Shown piece after piece: positions 1 through 13,210 of a DNA stretch of 64,000 nucleotides. The notes below the pieces were generated by a model. It searched no databases, was not told the origin of the DNA, and saw only the letters and a program-made list of their open reading frames with translations. Location: the NCBI GenBank assembly GCA_973895155.1, contig OZ316898.1:16852652-16916651 (forward strand), written 5' to 3'. How positions within the stretch are numbered: position 1 is the first letter of the stretch; each line of letters begins with the position of its first letter. Origin of the DNA: Marsupella aquatica (Eukaryota > Plantae > Marchantiophyta). A program made the position numbers and the translations under genes.

Positions 1-930
1 TTCAGTCCTTCAACCATGCAATGAGAGCTTGAGAAGGTATTATGTGTTCCAAGGTTTTGGTCATTAGACTCAACCAACCTATCTTATGCACGATAATGAG
101 ACACGATGGCAGAATGAAACTAAAAGGTGACAGCAAGTCAGAGAATGGAGCCCTCGAGCAGCAAACCTAGGTTGGCTTGTTAATGAATGTTTATTAGATT
201 GTTTGCTCCAGACTGTCAAGAGGAGAATTTTCCGAATCCCTGTCCTCGGATGCTAAGCTGGGTTGGGTTGGAATTCTTCCAGACTACAGAAATGCAGAGT
301 TTTTATGTCAAGCGGATAAAGGTTTGAATACCGGCTCCCGAACACTACCTAGTTCTGGGTGCCAATTCATCGTAGTCAGCTACTGTGGAATTATCATCGA
401 TCAACTCTGCCATCTTCTCTGCCAAGAGACACCGAGAATATATCCTCGCCTATGCTGATGGGGATTGGGTAGCGTGCGTACTTCAGTAATAAGTGCTGCT
501 GAAGAATAGACCGATCCTGAAAGTGAATTTTTGCCCAAGGAAAGACACAGGACGGGATTCATGTGGTAGCTCCGACCCAAACTACAGGTCTGGAAAGTTA
601 TTTTAGTCGATTCAGTCAACGAAAGATTGAAGACAGGAATGCCATGCGTTCCTGGTCCTTTGATCCTGAGGTCGGGTCGCGTATGACTAAGGTTGTAATT
701 AATCAGAGACAGACATATTTGATGAACTTGCGTACTGTGGCACGCCTGTAAAGTGCTGAGAGAGGGAATGGAATCCCTGTCCTCCAATGCACTCGATATT
801 TATGTTCGTCATTAATCTCCTTGTTGAACAGGTTTGTTGATCTATGGCGCAACAGTGCCAACAGATATCGATACACATGCCAAAGACTCCCATGTTGGAC
901 TTGGGCTGTGTGGGTTGGTCAAGATTTAAT
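1..930 (-). mobile_element. Decayed L1-type LINE ORF1 remnant
   Basis: Frameshifted PV(V)WVELPH-MNPVL-like motif at about 551-590, followed by RGYIL, resembles the DUF4283 C-terminal region of plant LINE ORF1. Many stops. Confidence 0.4.
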
Positions 931-3488
931 GTCTTCTGAATGAATAACAGCTCTCCCAAAAGAGAAGTCGAGCTGTCTTCTGAATGAATTAAGAGCTATC
1001 CCAAAAGATGAGTCGAGCCCAGACCCCAAGGCTCCAATGCCCAAGTACATTGCAATGAGAATACCTTATTACAGCGGATTTCGATAATCAATGAACCCAG
1101 ACAACCCTAAACCCTAAACCTCCATCTTAGCAAACTAACGAAGCTCACAGGGGGACACGATCTGCTGTAGGAGCAACCCACGAGACAGTACAAGAAATTC
1201 CATCGATGGCGGGAAGGGTAATGAAATGCCCCCACCACAAGAGTCTACAGTGGATTCGAGGATCCAATGTTGTACTGGAGTAGAGCAGGTCTCTGATTCT
1301 GTCACGCCCTACTCACGACCCTCTGTGCTCGTGTAGTGCAGCAGTGCTTTACCGTCCCTACCTTTTTATGTCATTGTTCTCTCGGGACTCGAGTCTCGTT
1401 CGCGTTAATATGACTGCGCTCTGTCATTGGTGTTTCCTCTTCTCTTCATGTGTTTCCCGCAAGCTATGCAGATTCTATCAGCATAGATGGTAGGTACCCA
1501 AGTAACATGGGTCTACAAAAACTTCCACAACGTCGTGCTGCTGAAAAGCTTCGTGGCTTACAGTCAAAACGATTCGATGGATCAATGTCGACCGAGAGTT
1601 GACTCACAGGTGCAGGCTGTCAAACTACCGAGCCAGCATGTGAAAGCAATCATCAACAATTAGTCGCAGCATGACAACTGTCTAGGCTCAGCTCGCGCAA
1701 ACTAGACCGCCGATAACAGGTTTACAAAATCTCTCACTCAAGTATTCATCTCGGGTCCGAACACTTTGACATAATTATTATGAGAACCAGAAAAGTCCGT
1801 TTGGTTCGCTCTGGGTGATCCAAAGCAAAAACCCCAGAAGCAACGACCAAATTGACTATGTCAACTGCAAACAGTATACTGCAACGGGTCAATATTTCTC
1901 TCGAACGTTTTACCCTATGGATCTTGAGGTTCCACCAAACCTGGATGGACCACCAACTGTGTGACACCAAAAATGTGCCTATGCAACCATCGATACAAAA
2001 GAAAAAGTACTATCTTAATTCAAAATTATGTTGAAGACTGTTGATCCATCCGTCAATAAATAGTGGTTCATGTTGCACTTTTTGGCTCTGCTTCTTTGCC
2101 GAACATGGTGGTCATTCAGGCTTTATTAGTTGAGAAGTGACGGGAAATCTACCGTACCAAAACAATAGGGAGTCTCAAAAGCATTTTTTTGGTCAGGGGT
2201 GATTGAATTTGGCCATAAATAAATGGCTGCCACTTTTTACACAGGATTGTATAAAAGTTTCTCTTTTCATTTTTTTCACACGTTCTATAGGGACTTGTGA
2301 CTGACACTTTCTACACAGGATTGTATAAAGGTTTTTCTTAATTTTTCCACTCCTATAGGTGACTTAGGGTCCTTGAAATATGGTCATTCTTTAAGTCAAG
2401 ATTAGTACGTACCCCCTACTTAGGTATGCTTTAATACTTACCAAGAAGACAAGATATGCTTCCTGTTTTGGTTACTTATTAATTTTAGAAATAACTAGAC
2501 TCCATGGATATTCTTTGAATATTAATATAAATGATCATAAAAATAACCATCCATGGTCATCATTTTGAAATTTATCATTTGTCTTTCCATCCACATAAAT
2601 TTTGTTGGGGCCCTAGAGTCACTGTCTAGACTAGGAGGCCTAGACCCCAACTCCAGCTTATGGGCATTATTTATTAGTAAGACGAAGATGATCATACACT
2701 ACAAAGTCAATGTTTTGAATCAAATGCTCATAACATTCCCAAATTTGCATCACAACATTATTTCCAATTCATGAGTACTCATTAATATTATGTAAACCAG
2801 ATTATTTATTGCACAAGCCTGGATTTACACTACAGTAATAACTGTTGTTGCCATTGATTTTTCAGTTAATTAAATGCTGCCAAAATTCTTCCCTTCTCTC
2901 AGTTCTCTGGCTCCTGGTGAAATGATACAAAGAAAAATAAATGACCTCCCATCCCGCCTCCCATGGTGCACACCATCACTGTTAGAAATCAACATTTGAT
3001 TTCATTCATCAATAAGAAATCCAATGACATACATCTTTTCTTGTGACTGTTATGTACGTCATTCACCATCCTCCTTGTTAGCCAAGGATAAATCAAATGA
3101 GTCAATTAATAATATCTAGACTTAGTCTATAAAGTAATAAATAATCTATAAAGTAACACTTTTACTTTGTACTCAGGGAGATAAAATATTTACAAAATAT
3201 TACTTGTTTGCCCTCACTCTTTTTTAGTTAGTTTTTAGTTCATTTTTATTTTTCTTAAGTTTTTGCCACTCCTGGGTATGATAGTTTTTGCTGGCGTCAC
3301 AAGGAGCAGGAATGGTCGTGTTCATTGTTGCAGCAATTATCATTGTTTGTGCTTGTGGTGAAAACCATTGATGTGGTGCCTCTTAGGTTTGAGACTCCCT
3401 ACTAGTTCTTGTTTGGTACCTTTATAGAAGTTGTAGTAATGTGGAGCCCCTGCTATCAAGACTAGTAGACTCTAGGAAAACTACACGA

Positions 3489-3850
3489 TTGGACCGTGCG
3501 GTCAACCCTGGATGGTCGACCGAGAAACCACGAAGATTATCCGGGAGAAACCGCGAAAAGCGACTGCTATTGTCAAAATTGTGATTTGAAGACAATATGC
3601 ATTATGTCTTCGGATTCAAAATTTGACCGATCGCGTGGTAGTCATTAGGTTTGCTTGATGGGTTTTTTTGTGATTGTTGGACCGTGTGGGAGGCCACCCC
3701 TGCATGGTCGAAGAAACATGTGAAACTGCGGAGATGATGTGGGAGAACTGCAAAAAACTGTTGCCGCTACCCAAACCGTGACTTGAATTCAATATGGATT
3801 ATGTCTTCAAGTTCAAATTTTTACCGTATTGCGGGGTAGTCATTAGGTAT
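3489..3850. repeat. Degenerate tandem duplication of about 190 bp
   Basis: TTGGACCGTG...ATGGTCGA...GGGAGAA...CAATATG.ATTATGTCTTC...GGTAGTCATTAGGT twice, starting at about 3489 and 3677. Confidence 0.8.
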
Positions 3851-4960
3851 GTTTTTCACACATTGCACATGGGTTTCTCACAATATTTTCATGTGCGACT
3901 GTCAGCGTCAGTACAGGGTACCTCCAAATGTCCACAAAGAATATTCAAGTTCAATGTTCAGAATTTGCCCATTGCTGGGACAACAAAAATAAGCAAATGA
4001 TCGACAAATGCGCTCAAAAATTGGTGATACTCCCCTATGCAATGCATACAAACAATTTCAAAAGAAGACAGACCCGAAGGTGTCATGGTACACCCTAAAC
4101 CCTAAACCTTGAAACACAGGAAGGCATAATCCATTGTGTCTTCAGACATTAACCCATCGAATCTTGTGGTACTGGTATTGTTGCCCGTTTCGATGAACAG
4201 CGATAGACTACGGCGACCCGCGTGGTAGACTAGGCGCTATAGACTGCAACAACAAGTGTGGTGGACTGGGCTTGGGAGCACATTGCACTACGAGGCAATG
4301 AGTGTGGTTAACAGTACGTAGTAGGCACCGCACAAGGACAGGTGTATGCACCACACAAGAAGAGGTGTATTGGTCATTAAGAGGGGTCTCACTTGGTAAA
4401 AACATTACCTAGGGGCCCATCAGGTAAGAAAGGTTCACCGGGGGGCCTATCAAGCATATATCTCAACTAGCATTGTATCCAGTATTGTGCTTTGCTCTTG
4501 TGACCTCTATAGTCTCATTTGGATTCCACACTGTTTAGTCACTACAGTGAATTGAGTCACTTGTAAACGTTTTAAGGCCATGAGAAAGTCTTACTAACAT
4601 TTTTAAACAGTAATTGCAAGTGCTTCAAATCATTGTTTATGGTAACACTCATTATGTAAATTACCTCACATTATTTGTGGGGCCATGATTGATACCAACT
4701 TTGTTGCATGAAAGCATGAATCTTGCTGCAAGGTGTATTGACACTATTTGGGTGTCAAAAAGAGAGTGTGTTGAGAATGTTATGGGAAACATGAACTTTT
4801 GGATAGTGACAATCACAAAGAATTCCTTAAATCAAGAGTCTTGCTAAACCATTAAATTCACATTAATCATTCAATTATAACATTTTCTGTTGTGTGTTTT
4901 CACAGGCATCATTGATTTTAATGTTATTTTTTTAAAGCAAAGACTCTACTTGCAATGGCA

Positions 4961-5272
4961 TGAACATTGAACTACCAAGTGATCAACACATAGAGATAAG
5001 TGCTTCCCCGTCGATGAGGCTACATCCACAAGACTCGCCACAAGAACACACAAATCTATTCTGCACCCATCAGCCATACCAAGTTTAGGCAGCACAAGCT
5101 CTCTCTATCTCTCAAGTGGTTTTGTAACAATGAGCTTGACTTCCTCCTCCACAAGCAAACACTGCTTTGGTATATAGGATGCAACATGGCTAACATAACC
5201 AAGTTTGCAACTATGGTTAACCCTAACTACAAATACAATCGTAACTCTAAACTTAAGAGTAAATGCCTAGCA
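4961..5272 (-). mobile_element. Solo-LTR-like repeat, copy 1
   Basis: TG...CA bounded. Collinear with 31259-31550 (TGAGGCTACATCCA, CATACCAAGTT, TAACAATGAGC, GAGTAAATGCCTA). No TSD seen. Confidence 0.5.
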
Positions 5273-5447
5273 GTTTATCGTTTCATTCTTTGTGTTATTT
5301 GAGCTCCAAAGCTTCTGTACTGACATATTAGTGTTCCTTGCACTTACTATGCCAAACAGTGTAATTATGGAGTTTTGCAAATATTTTCACTCAGGCGGCT
5401 TTAATTGTCTTCATGCCCTACTTGCTGGGTGCTGTCATCTTAGTGTG

Positions 5448-5626
5448 GAGGTATTTGCTTGATCGACCCCCAAAATGAGACTTGTTACTTGATCGACCCC
5501 TTGAGGTCTATGAACGGCCCAGATCTGAGATCAAAAGGTCCATCAATAGTCCAGATTGGGGAAAAGTATTGAGGGGGTTCATTAAGCAAACATTTTCCAG
5601 AGGGGGGTCTACTAAGCATATCCCTC
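5448..5626. mobile_element. Mutator-like MITE with 10-bp TSD
   Basis: TIR GAGGTATTTGCTTGATCGACCCCC / GGGGGTCTACTAAGCATATCCCTC. Flanks TCTTAGTGTG (5438-5447) and TCTTAGTTTG (5627-5636), one mismatch. A related end lies at about 4440-4464. Confidence 0.8.
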
Positions 5627-5686
5627 TCTTAGTTTGTGCAAAATTGTATCATTAATAACGTTGTATTCCTGATTTACAAGTAAATT

Positions 5687-6248
5687 GGTATGCTTTTGAA
5701 ACAAAGTGAAGCCCGGATGGACCACTTCGTTGGATATAGTGCTCCCGTGGACCACATTTTCGTTGTCTGTGGGATTTTGGGCTTATAACTTGATGATTAT
5801 GATTTTTAAAATAATTTTTGAGTCATATTCATAGTATTTCATAATCATCAAGTCATAATCATAGTATTTCATAATTTACACAATCAAAATTTCATACAAA
5901 ACCCTAGTAGTTCATAATCATCAAGTTATAATCATAGTATTTCATAACCCTAGTATTTCATATTTACACAATGAAAATTTATGAAATGATCATACAAAAA
6001 CCCTAGTATTTCATATTTACACAATGAAAATTAATCTAACAAAATTGACCTGGCTGCATTCCATGATGAATTCAACCAAAAACAAAAAATTCCCTACACT
6101 TCCATCAAAGTCACAGATTAATTGTAATGATTTAAAAAATATTTAAATTTATGAAAGTCAAGTCATTACAATTAAACACAAATTCTGGGAAATATGGTCC
6201 ATAGGGGTTTCAAAAGACCAAGGTGTGGTCCATGGGAATATAATTTCC
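5687..6248. mobile_element. MITE-like element of a dispersed family (TIR core TGCTCCYRTGGACC)
   Basis: Inverted ends GCTCCCGTGGACCACA (about 5741) / TGTGGTCCATGGGAAT (about 6224), with internal TAGTATTTCATA subrepeats. Related termini at about 9551, 20626 and 20856. No TSD found. Confidence 0.55.
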
Positions 6249-6559
6249 GTTGTGAAACGTTAAATTTTTTTTGGAACACTGACTGTCTGTATGCATTGGT
6301 TTTCTAAAAAGTAAAGGAAAAGAGGGGAAATGTATTCTGGCCTTGCATTACTTTACTAAATAAAAATGTAATCAATATGTGGCGAACTGGGATCTCACCA
6401 CGGTAAGGTACTTCATTGGTACATCACTTGTCAGTGGGTAGTAATGGCTGCAGATTTATTTTTAATCAAAAACAAATTAGAAACGTGCTGTCAATTCCCT
6501 AGCTTCTCGCTTTTCTTCTTGCCTTGAAAATCCAACTTTACTCCACAAAGGTGAACATT

Positions 6560-7700
6560 TCCCTGGTTTCTTCCTCCTCCTAGATGCTTCTAGCGAGCTG
6601 CCAGTCTGTTCAGGATTGAATGATTCTCTCTGCTCAGCTCACTCAGCTAATACGATACGGTATCTGTTATTCATTTGTCGCCTCCCTGTGAATGAATGAT
6701 AACCTCCTTGGCCATGATAGTCCAGCAAGCATCAGCCTGTTTCGTTGATTCTTCTACATGCACGGACAGAGCTCAACCAGAAACCTGTACTATGTTTGGC
6801 TAGATCATTTCGTCAAAGGTCCCCGAGTCCAAACTCCAGAGTGCCGTGTTTCGGTGATTATTCAACCTGTAATCCATTACCTTGCGGAAGATCCATGGAG
6901 CAATGACTGGATTGGACATTTGGACTGGACTGGACTGGACTGGACTGGACTGGACGATCGATGGCGGGTCCCCACGTAGAACTGTAAAGTGGGCTCTCTC
7001 TCACTTGAGTGGACCAGTGGGATCTCGCTCGCCTCGTTTTTGTTTCGTAGTTGCCTCGGCATGCACGAACCCGTGCTCAGGACAGTACGATTGTAAGAGT
7101 GGCGTGGTGCCGAGTGTGTTATGTCCTGACTATGCATAGCAAGCACTTTGGATCCGCGTTCCATAATAAGTCGTTGCTGTAATGCTGTCGTTCAACTCTT
7201 CGAAGCAGGCAGACCATGCAATGTCAAGGCGAGGCCGAGTGTTTGTTGTTGTTGTTGTGGTGGTCTGATTTGAATTCTTGCCGTGTTTTTCCCTTTTCTA
7301 CATACTCAAGATCGGCAGTAGCAGCTGGCCAAGTACTCGAAATGGAATTTGAGTGCAGCTGGCAAAAGCTTGACACCGCCCACAAGTACAGGCACAGTAC
7401 TTGTTCCCGACCAGGCTTGTTGACCTGTTCGATGTCTTGCTTTTTGCCAGATGAGGTCAGCCGAGTATCACACCACCAGCTCCGCCCCTGAAAATCCCCC
7501 AATAGTGGTTCCAAACCAGGGTCATTTTTAAGGTCTTTCCAGTTTGACTGGGGTGGCCAACGTAAGCTTGTGTGGAAGAGAAGATTTTGGGTATATTGAT
7601 TCAAGGTCTACCAAACTCAATCAAGGGTCTGGATCACTCTGAATAAGTTTACTAATTAAAGCCCATTACTACAGTGGTTCTCCCTCCATTTAAGCATACT
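6560..7700 (-). mobile_element. Possible second decayed LINE ORF1 remnant
   Basis: Minus frame at about 7280-7400 reads TVPVLVGGVKLLPAALKFHFEYLAS...ARI, resembling the PVWV..LP..L..LAS..ARI pattern of LINE ORF1. Interrupted by stops; boundaries approximate. Confidence 0.3.
6921..6955. repeat. (TGGAC)7 pentanucleotide microsatellite
   Basis: Direct reading of the sequence. Confidence 0.95.
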
Positions 7701-10700
7701 GTCAGATTCTGGGTATTGGGTATGTGGCTGGATGTGAAACTCGCAAATCAAAGACAAAAACCCTGGCTAGATCTTAAAACCTCTATATTTTTGCCACTAA
7801 GCAAATCACTCTTCCAGACTAAAAAATTTTCCTCCCACCCGTGCTTGTAGTTTCTTTGTTATGGAGAGACTCTTCATGTTCCCTGTTCACCATAATTTGC
7901 GTGTCATTCTGGTGAAGCAAACTTTGGTTTATACTCATGAATTAGTGACCCAAATTAAACTTTACATACATTTTAAACAATTTGTGTTGGCTCAATGGAA
8001 GAAGGTGGGTGCCCCGCATTCCACATTAAAATTTTCTTGGTTTCCTGTTTCCCACTGACAAATTTGCAACAAGTTTTTGTCTCCCATTAACCAGTTTCCT
8101 ACCTAGCCAAGGCCCATTAGCCAGAGAATGTTAACCCTTAAATCTAGGGTGCTCTAACGGTCAGAAAATAATTCACAAAATTCTTAAGATAAATATAGTC
8201 CTAACATCTTCTCCTTCACACAGGCTCACGTTTGCCACACTGGCCAAAAAGGAAAACCCGCAAAGATTATAGACTGCACCTAGCACATGGTGCTATTCTG
8301 TAATTTGCAGATCTCAAGACGCTTAACGTGCTCTTCAATTTCTTGGAATTTGGACTTCAGCATCGGTGACTCACAATCTAAATTTTGGAGTACACAAGTT
8401 CCAACTAGAATGTGATAATGTAGCCATCACGAATGGTAGGCAACGCTGAGGCCCCCAAATCACGGCAGAAAATGGCGTTATGGGACAGAAAACGAAGAGC
8501 CACTTTCTCCAGTGTGCCCCAGAGTTGAGAGAAGTTTGGTGACTCAAAAAGTTTAAAAAAGCTTGACCTCTCCCTCTCTCTCTCGGTTTTGTTACCAGTG
8601 CCCCTTTTCCCCCAATGATTCCATTAAATTCGTGCCAGCCCTGGAGCACTACTTGTTGTGTATGTGGCACGGTGGGCACCTTTGAGGAGTAGATGGTTGG
8701 AATTCAAAACACACCAACAAACTGATCCCATGACAAGTCAAACTTGCACGAGACGAGAATAGAAAGTCAGCACTAGCAACGATTAATTTAGTTGTCTTCC
8801 TTTTCGCAGTAGAGGATAAAAAATTTACTTGCAAAATAATTGCATTTTGCATTTCATAACAAAGCCAAGAAAGGCGCTTTTGCTCTTTGGCAGTGTGTAT
8901 ATAAAAGGATGAGAATTTGGTTGGTTTCTTGAAACTGATGCCAGCAATTGACCTAAAGGTTTGACAAAGTGCCTGGCTGTAACAACCCAACCCGATGGAC
9001 TGCACAAATACCTTCTTGTACTCAGATAACACTCTTTCTTTAAAGCAAGTCCATACTTCTGTGGTCAACAGTAATCTGATCCATTCAGGTTTCAAGGTTC
9101 ATGGAGTGGTCCATCGAGGATTACTTCTGCTTTATTAGATTGGAGAATTGTGAGAATGAACTTTGTATTTCCTTTTTTAGAGGAAAAGGAGGACCGCCCC
9201 CTAACAACAGCCAGAAAACGTCATGACAGGTTTCCTGCAAGCGAAGAAAGAGGTACCCTCAAACTTTATGCAAGCCAGAAACATCATGACACCAGGTTTC
9301 ATGGAGTAGAAAAAGTGGTACAACGTTTCACCGTCCAAAAGGTCAGTAACCTGCCATCTTACTCGATAAAGTTTGACTGGCTTATTTAAGGGAACAACGA
9401 AGGCAGCCCAAGAATCTCCTAGAGAAGAACTCAGGCAACAAATCATTCTAGGATTTGTTAGTGAAGTCCCCCATTCGCGATCTACTTGCATGCCATATTT
9501 TCTCTGGGAACAGAAAATTTTGATAATTTGACTATTGTAATGTGCTTGTAGAAAAAGATGCTCCTATGGACCCTAGACAGAAACCACACCATGGGGATAG
9601 ACTAATCAAGAATATTCCCTGATTACTCACCATGACATTCTGAGTAAAATGCGGTACATTTGAGTTGAAAAAATCTATGGAGCATTTTGACAAACATAGA
9701 GGTCTATCCTGGCTTCATTTTGTATGCTTGTGAGTCGGCACTGACATGGGAAGTCTCGGTATGGGAGCTCAAGAACTTGGGCTAGGCCACAACGATCCTA
9801 CCAACTTCAACTTTGAAATAATGTTGTTATAGGGTCCTTTTTCATGCATGAAAGAGTAACCATGCCCAAGCGCAAGGGCTGTGCAAGTGCAATACCCACT
9901 TGGGGTATAGGGACTTTTGTTCTAAGCCATGTACAGCTACAAGAGGGGGCTCCAAAGCTGACACAATCAATTCAATAGCCTCCTGGAAGGAAGGAGGGGC
10001 AGAGCCCATCCCCTACACCCCCACCCCCAAAGGCCCCTCTTATATACAACCAATGTTGGGAGCCTCATACTTCTAATGTGGGTGATCAACATAAAAATTG
10101 ACCTTTCAAATAATATGGCTTTTTGTAGTTGTCTGATTTGGCTGAGGAGAGGGTTTGACTAGAAAAATTATGGTAAAGTCAGGCAAAAGCAAAAATCAGT
10201 CATCCTGTTTATTCCACTAGTTTGTGATTGTCTGATTCACCAAACGAGGGCTTGAACAGTGTGTCACAAAACCAAAGTCATCACAACATATGAACTAGGT
10301 GGGGGGGCAGTTTTATGGAGGGTGGCTGCAAGGTGGGGATGAGAGAGGAGCGGGGTGCAGTTCATGGCTTGTGAGCACTGGGAGAGGGTGGGGGAGATGG
10401 GTGTCAGGGAGGAAATGGAGGAGTGGGAGAGGCAAGGAAAGGTTGGGGGGGCGGGGGAGGGCAGGGAAGGAGGTGAGGAGATTTTGTCGTGCCCCTTCAC
10501 CCGGCCCTCACCTCAATTATTTTGTTTACCGCCTGCCCTCACAAGTTTGATTTTCATATTCCCCCTCTCCCTTTTCAGGTGCCTAAAACTGCCATGACAT
10601 TTGTTTTCCATCGCATTGGTGTTCCATCTCAATAATGCTTTGTGTCCACTTTCTTTTGCCTCTACCGTCACTTTGATGCCTACAAGTTGTAGTGTAACAA

Positions 10701-12249
10701 TGATTTGTGCATGGCATGGGCACCATCTCTTGCTTTCCCATTTAACTTTCCACTCTACATACTTTCTCGCTCCCGGCCTGCTCCATTTCCCGGCTGATGT
10801 GTTATTCCAGCTAGAAGTGACCTACAAGGCAAGACACAACAGAATTTAATTTAATTTTTGGCACTCCTTGATTGTGTGGGATGCAGTAGAATCTTCAGTT
10901 TTGACCCACTCCCCTCTCATGCACCTTGTTCCCTCTTCTCTCATTCTCAGTTTTTCCTTTTGAAATCGGTAGCTCTGTAATTGCATTCAGTTTTTGACCT
11001 CAATGTTATTTCTGGAACTGAAGCTCCCATATACCAGAATTTTGACGAGATGCTCACGTGGTGCTCAGAAACATTAGCTTCTACTCAGATATTGTCCTTC
11101 CTTTTTACAAATGCTCACGCTTTGTCAGAAAGTGTTGTAGTGCCAATCTGTGTTTTGAGGACCCAAATGCTGTGGTCCATCTAAGCATCAACTTGCTTCA
11201 TAGTAATTACATCAATTTTTCAGGGATAAGGTTACGTATAGTTGGATTTGTGATTTTGTACACCATAAAGATATTTAAAGAGTAAAGCATAAGCATGGGA
11301 TGGCTGCTGTCTACAGCAACTGAGATATGGTCTCATGATTTTATTGTGGGTTGATACTGCTTGACTTTGAGACAGGAGTATTTGTGGTTTTCTTTTAGGA
11401 ATAGGAGGTATTCTATAATGCAAGCAAACAGGAGTTTTGTTAGCGAGGGGAGTATTGTTAGCGAGACCCTTGTGGTTTTAAATGTATTTTGCTTTTTGCT
11501 GCCTTTTCTATTTTTTGTGTGTTTTTTACGACTCCAAATGGCTAACGAGATCGCTAGCAAAAAGAGGAGTAGCAGTTTACTGTTAGCCAGTCAATTGCAT
11601 ATAGAAAAATTAGGGGTCATGTGAGGAAACTTTTTGCTCATGCGAAGAAAATTTCTACTGTTTCTTCGCACGCGACAATGACCCTAGGAATAGAACCCAA
11701 ATCCAAAGCCCCTTCTTTCACTAGTTCTTGGGGAGGGCTGTTGAGTTCGTGGGTTGGGTCAAGTGCCATTCAAATCTCCTTCAGAAAAAAGGATGTGCCA
11801 TCAATTTTTTTTATTAATTCCATTGCATTGTATATGTGGGTAGTCCAACATGGAATGTTTTCAAAACTCTTTTCTAGGTGGCCAGAGCTGGGAAAAGGAT
11901 TATGTTTTTTAGAAGTGGGCCCCCCTTTAAATACATTGTCAACTGTGCCTAAGTGCAGGCTCCTGAGAAGACACCCCAATCCAGCACATATCCAGGGTAT
12001 GCTCTATGCAATAAGTGCAAGAACTTTTGATTATGCACTTCTCTGTATGTGCTTGTGTTTACACTCATGCATTTATATAGGATAACTGTGGAGTCCATTT
12101 GAAGTGTAGTTGCAAAGAAGTGAAATGTGCTCTTCCTTGAGGTATTCTATGATGCAAGCACACAAGACTTTTTGCTAGAGTATTGGTAGCGTCACAGGAG
12201 TGTTCTTAATGCCTTTTGATTTTTGGTGACTTTTTGACTAAGTTTGCTA

Positions 12250-12591
12250 CACTGTCCACCTCAATTAGTGTTGGTCACACTAAATTGTGTAGCCCATTAA
12301 ATGTCAAGTCTCACATAAAATAGTGTGAGTCACATTATTTTTATTTCAGGTGTCACAAGAAGTCACACTTTTGGTCTCAGTATTGAGGTGTTTGCCTTTG
12401 AATACTGCACACTGAGAATAGGGGCATAAAACTGAGACTCAGGCGGGCTCTCAATACAAAGTAAATAGTGTGACTTCACATACTTAATTAGTGTGATTCG
12501 GGTTAGAAAAATGTTCACACAATTAAGTGCAAGTCACTCTAATTGTGATCTCCTACTGATTACATACTCACACTATTTAGGGTGGATAGTG
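12250..12591. mobile_element. MITE with CACTGTCCACC TIR and TA flanks
   Basis: TA|CACTGTCCACC ... GGTGGATAGTG|TA. Internal GTGTGA/TCACAC subrepeats. Confidence 0.75.
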
Positions 12592-12899
12592 TAGCTAAGT
12601 GGTGTATAAATGGGTTATTTCCTTTTACAAGGACAAAAGTATGGTACTGTGAAGAAGTTTTTCCTTGCAACCTACACGTGCCCCTCTTCTCGAATACCCG
12701 CATGTATGAGATGTGACAGCCTCAGAGGCAGCAGCTATTCTTTGTAGGAAAAAGTAGGCATTTCCAGTTTTCTAGTGCAAATGTCATGGTTCTGTTGTCA
12801 GGTCCTACACAAAGTACTCGTACCCTTAACCGTCACACTGGCCCTTTTGAAATGGATATTTGCTTGTAAGTAGGCTTAGTGGTTGTAGCAGGCTATTAT

Positions 12900-13210
12900 T
12901 AAAAAAAGTGCCTATAAGTACTCTATGTAATTGTCGCATCTTATAAATAAGTGCTAGAAAGTACTCTATGTAACTGTTGCAAGCTCTTGTCACTAAATGT
13001 ATCTTGATTACTGTTTGCGGATAAATGCATTTATACTCAAATAGACAGAATGCAATAAGGCATTTGTTGTTTTGTCGGGCTCAAGATGCACCTAGGCAAA
13101 CTGCATTTTCTGGTGCATCTACAAAGAAGATGCAGCATATTAGAGCACTAAATTGCATTTCTGGCCTCCACTTTTAACCACAAAATGCACAATTATCAAC
13201 AATGCAAAGT
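12900..13210 (+). repeat. Dispersed repeat, homologous to 60300-60660
   Basis: Shared collinear words TATGTAATTGTC, GATAAATGCAT, ATTTGTTGTTT, GCAAACTGCA, TGGTGCAT, CTGGCCT and TTAACCAC. Confidence 0.65.

Noticed and set aside
1103-1120. CCCTAAACCCTAAAC telomere-like motifs (also near 4093)
   Set aside because: Only about two units each; these are common telo-box motifs, not interstitial telomere arrays.
11641-11670. TGCGAAGAAA/TTTCTTCGCA hairpin as a terminator or miRNA
   Set aside because: The 10-bp stem is too short for a miRNA precursor, and intrinsic terminators do not apply to plant nuclear DNA; probably a TE-end hairpin.
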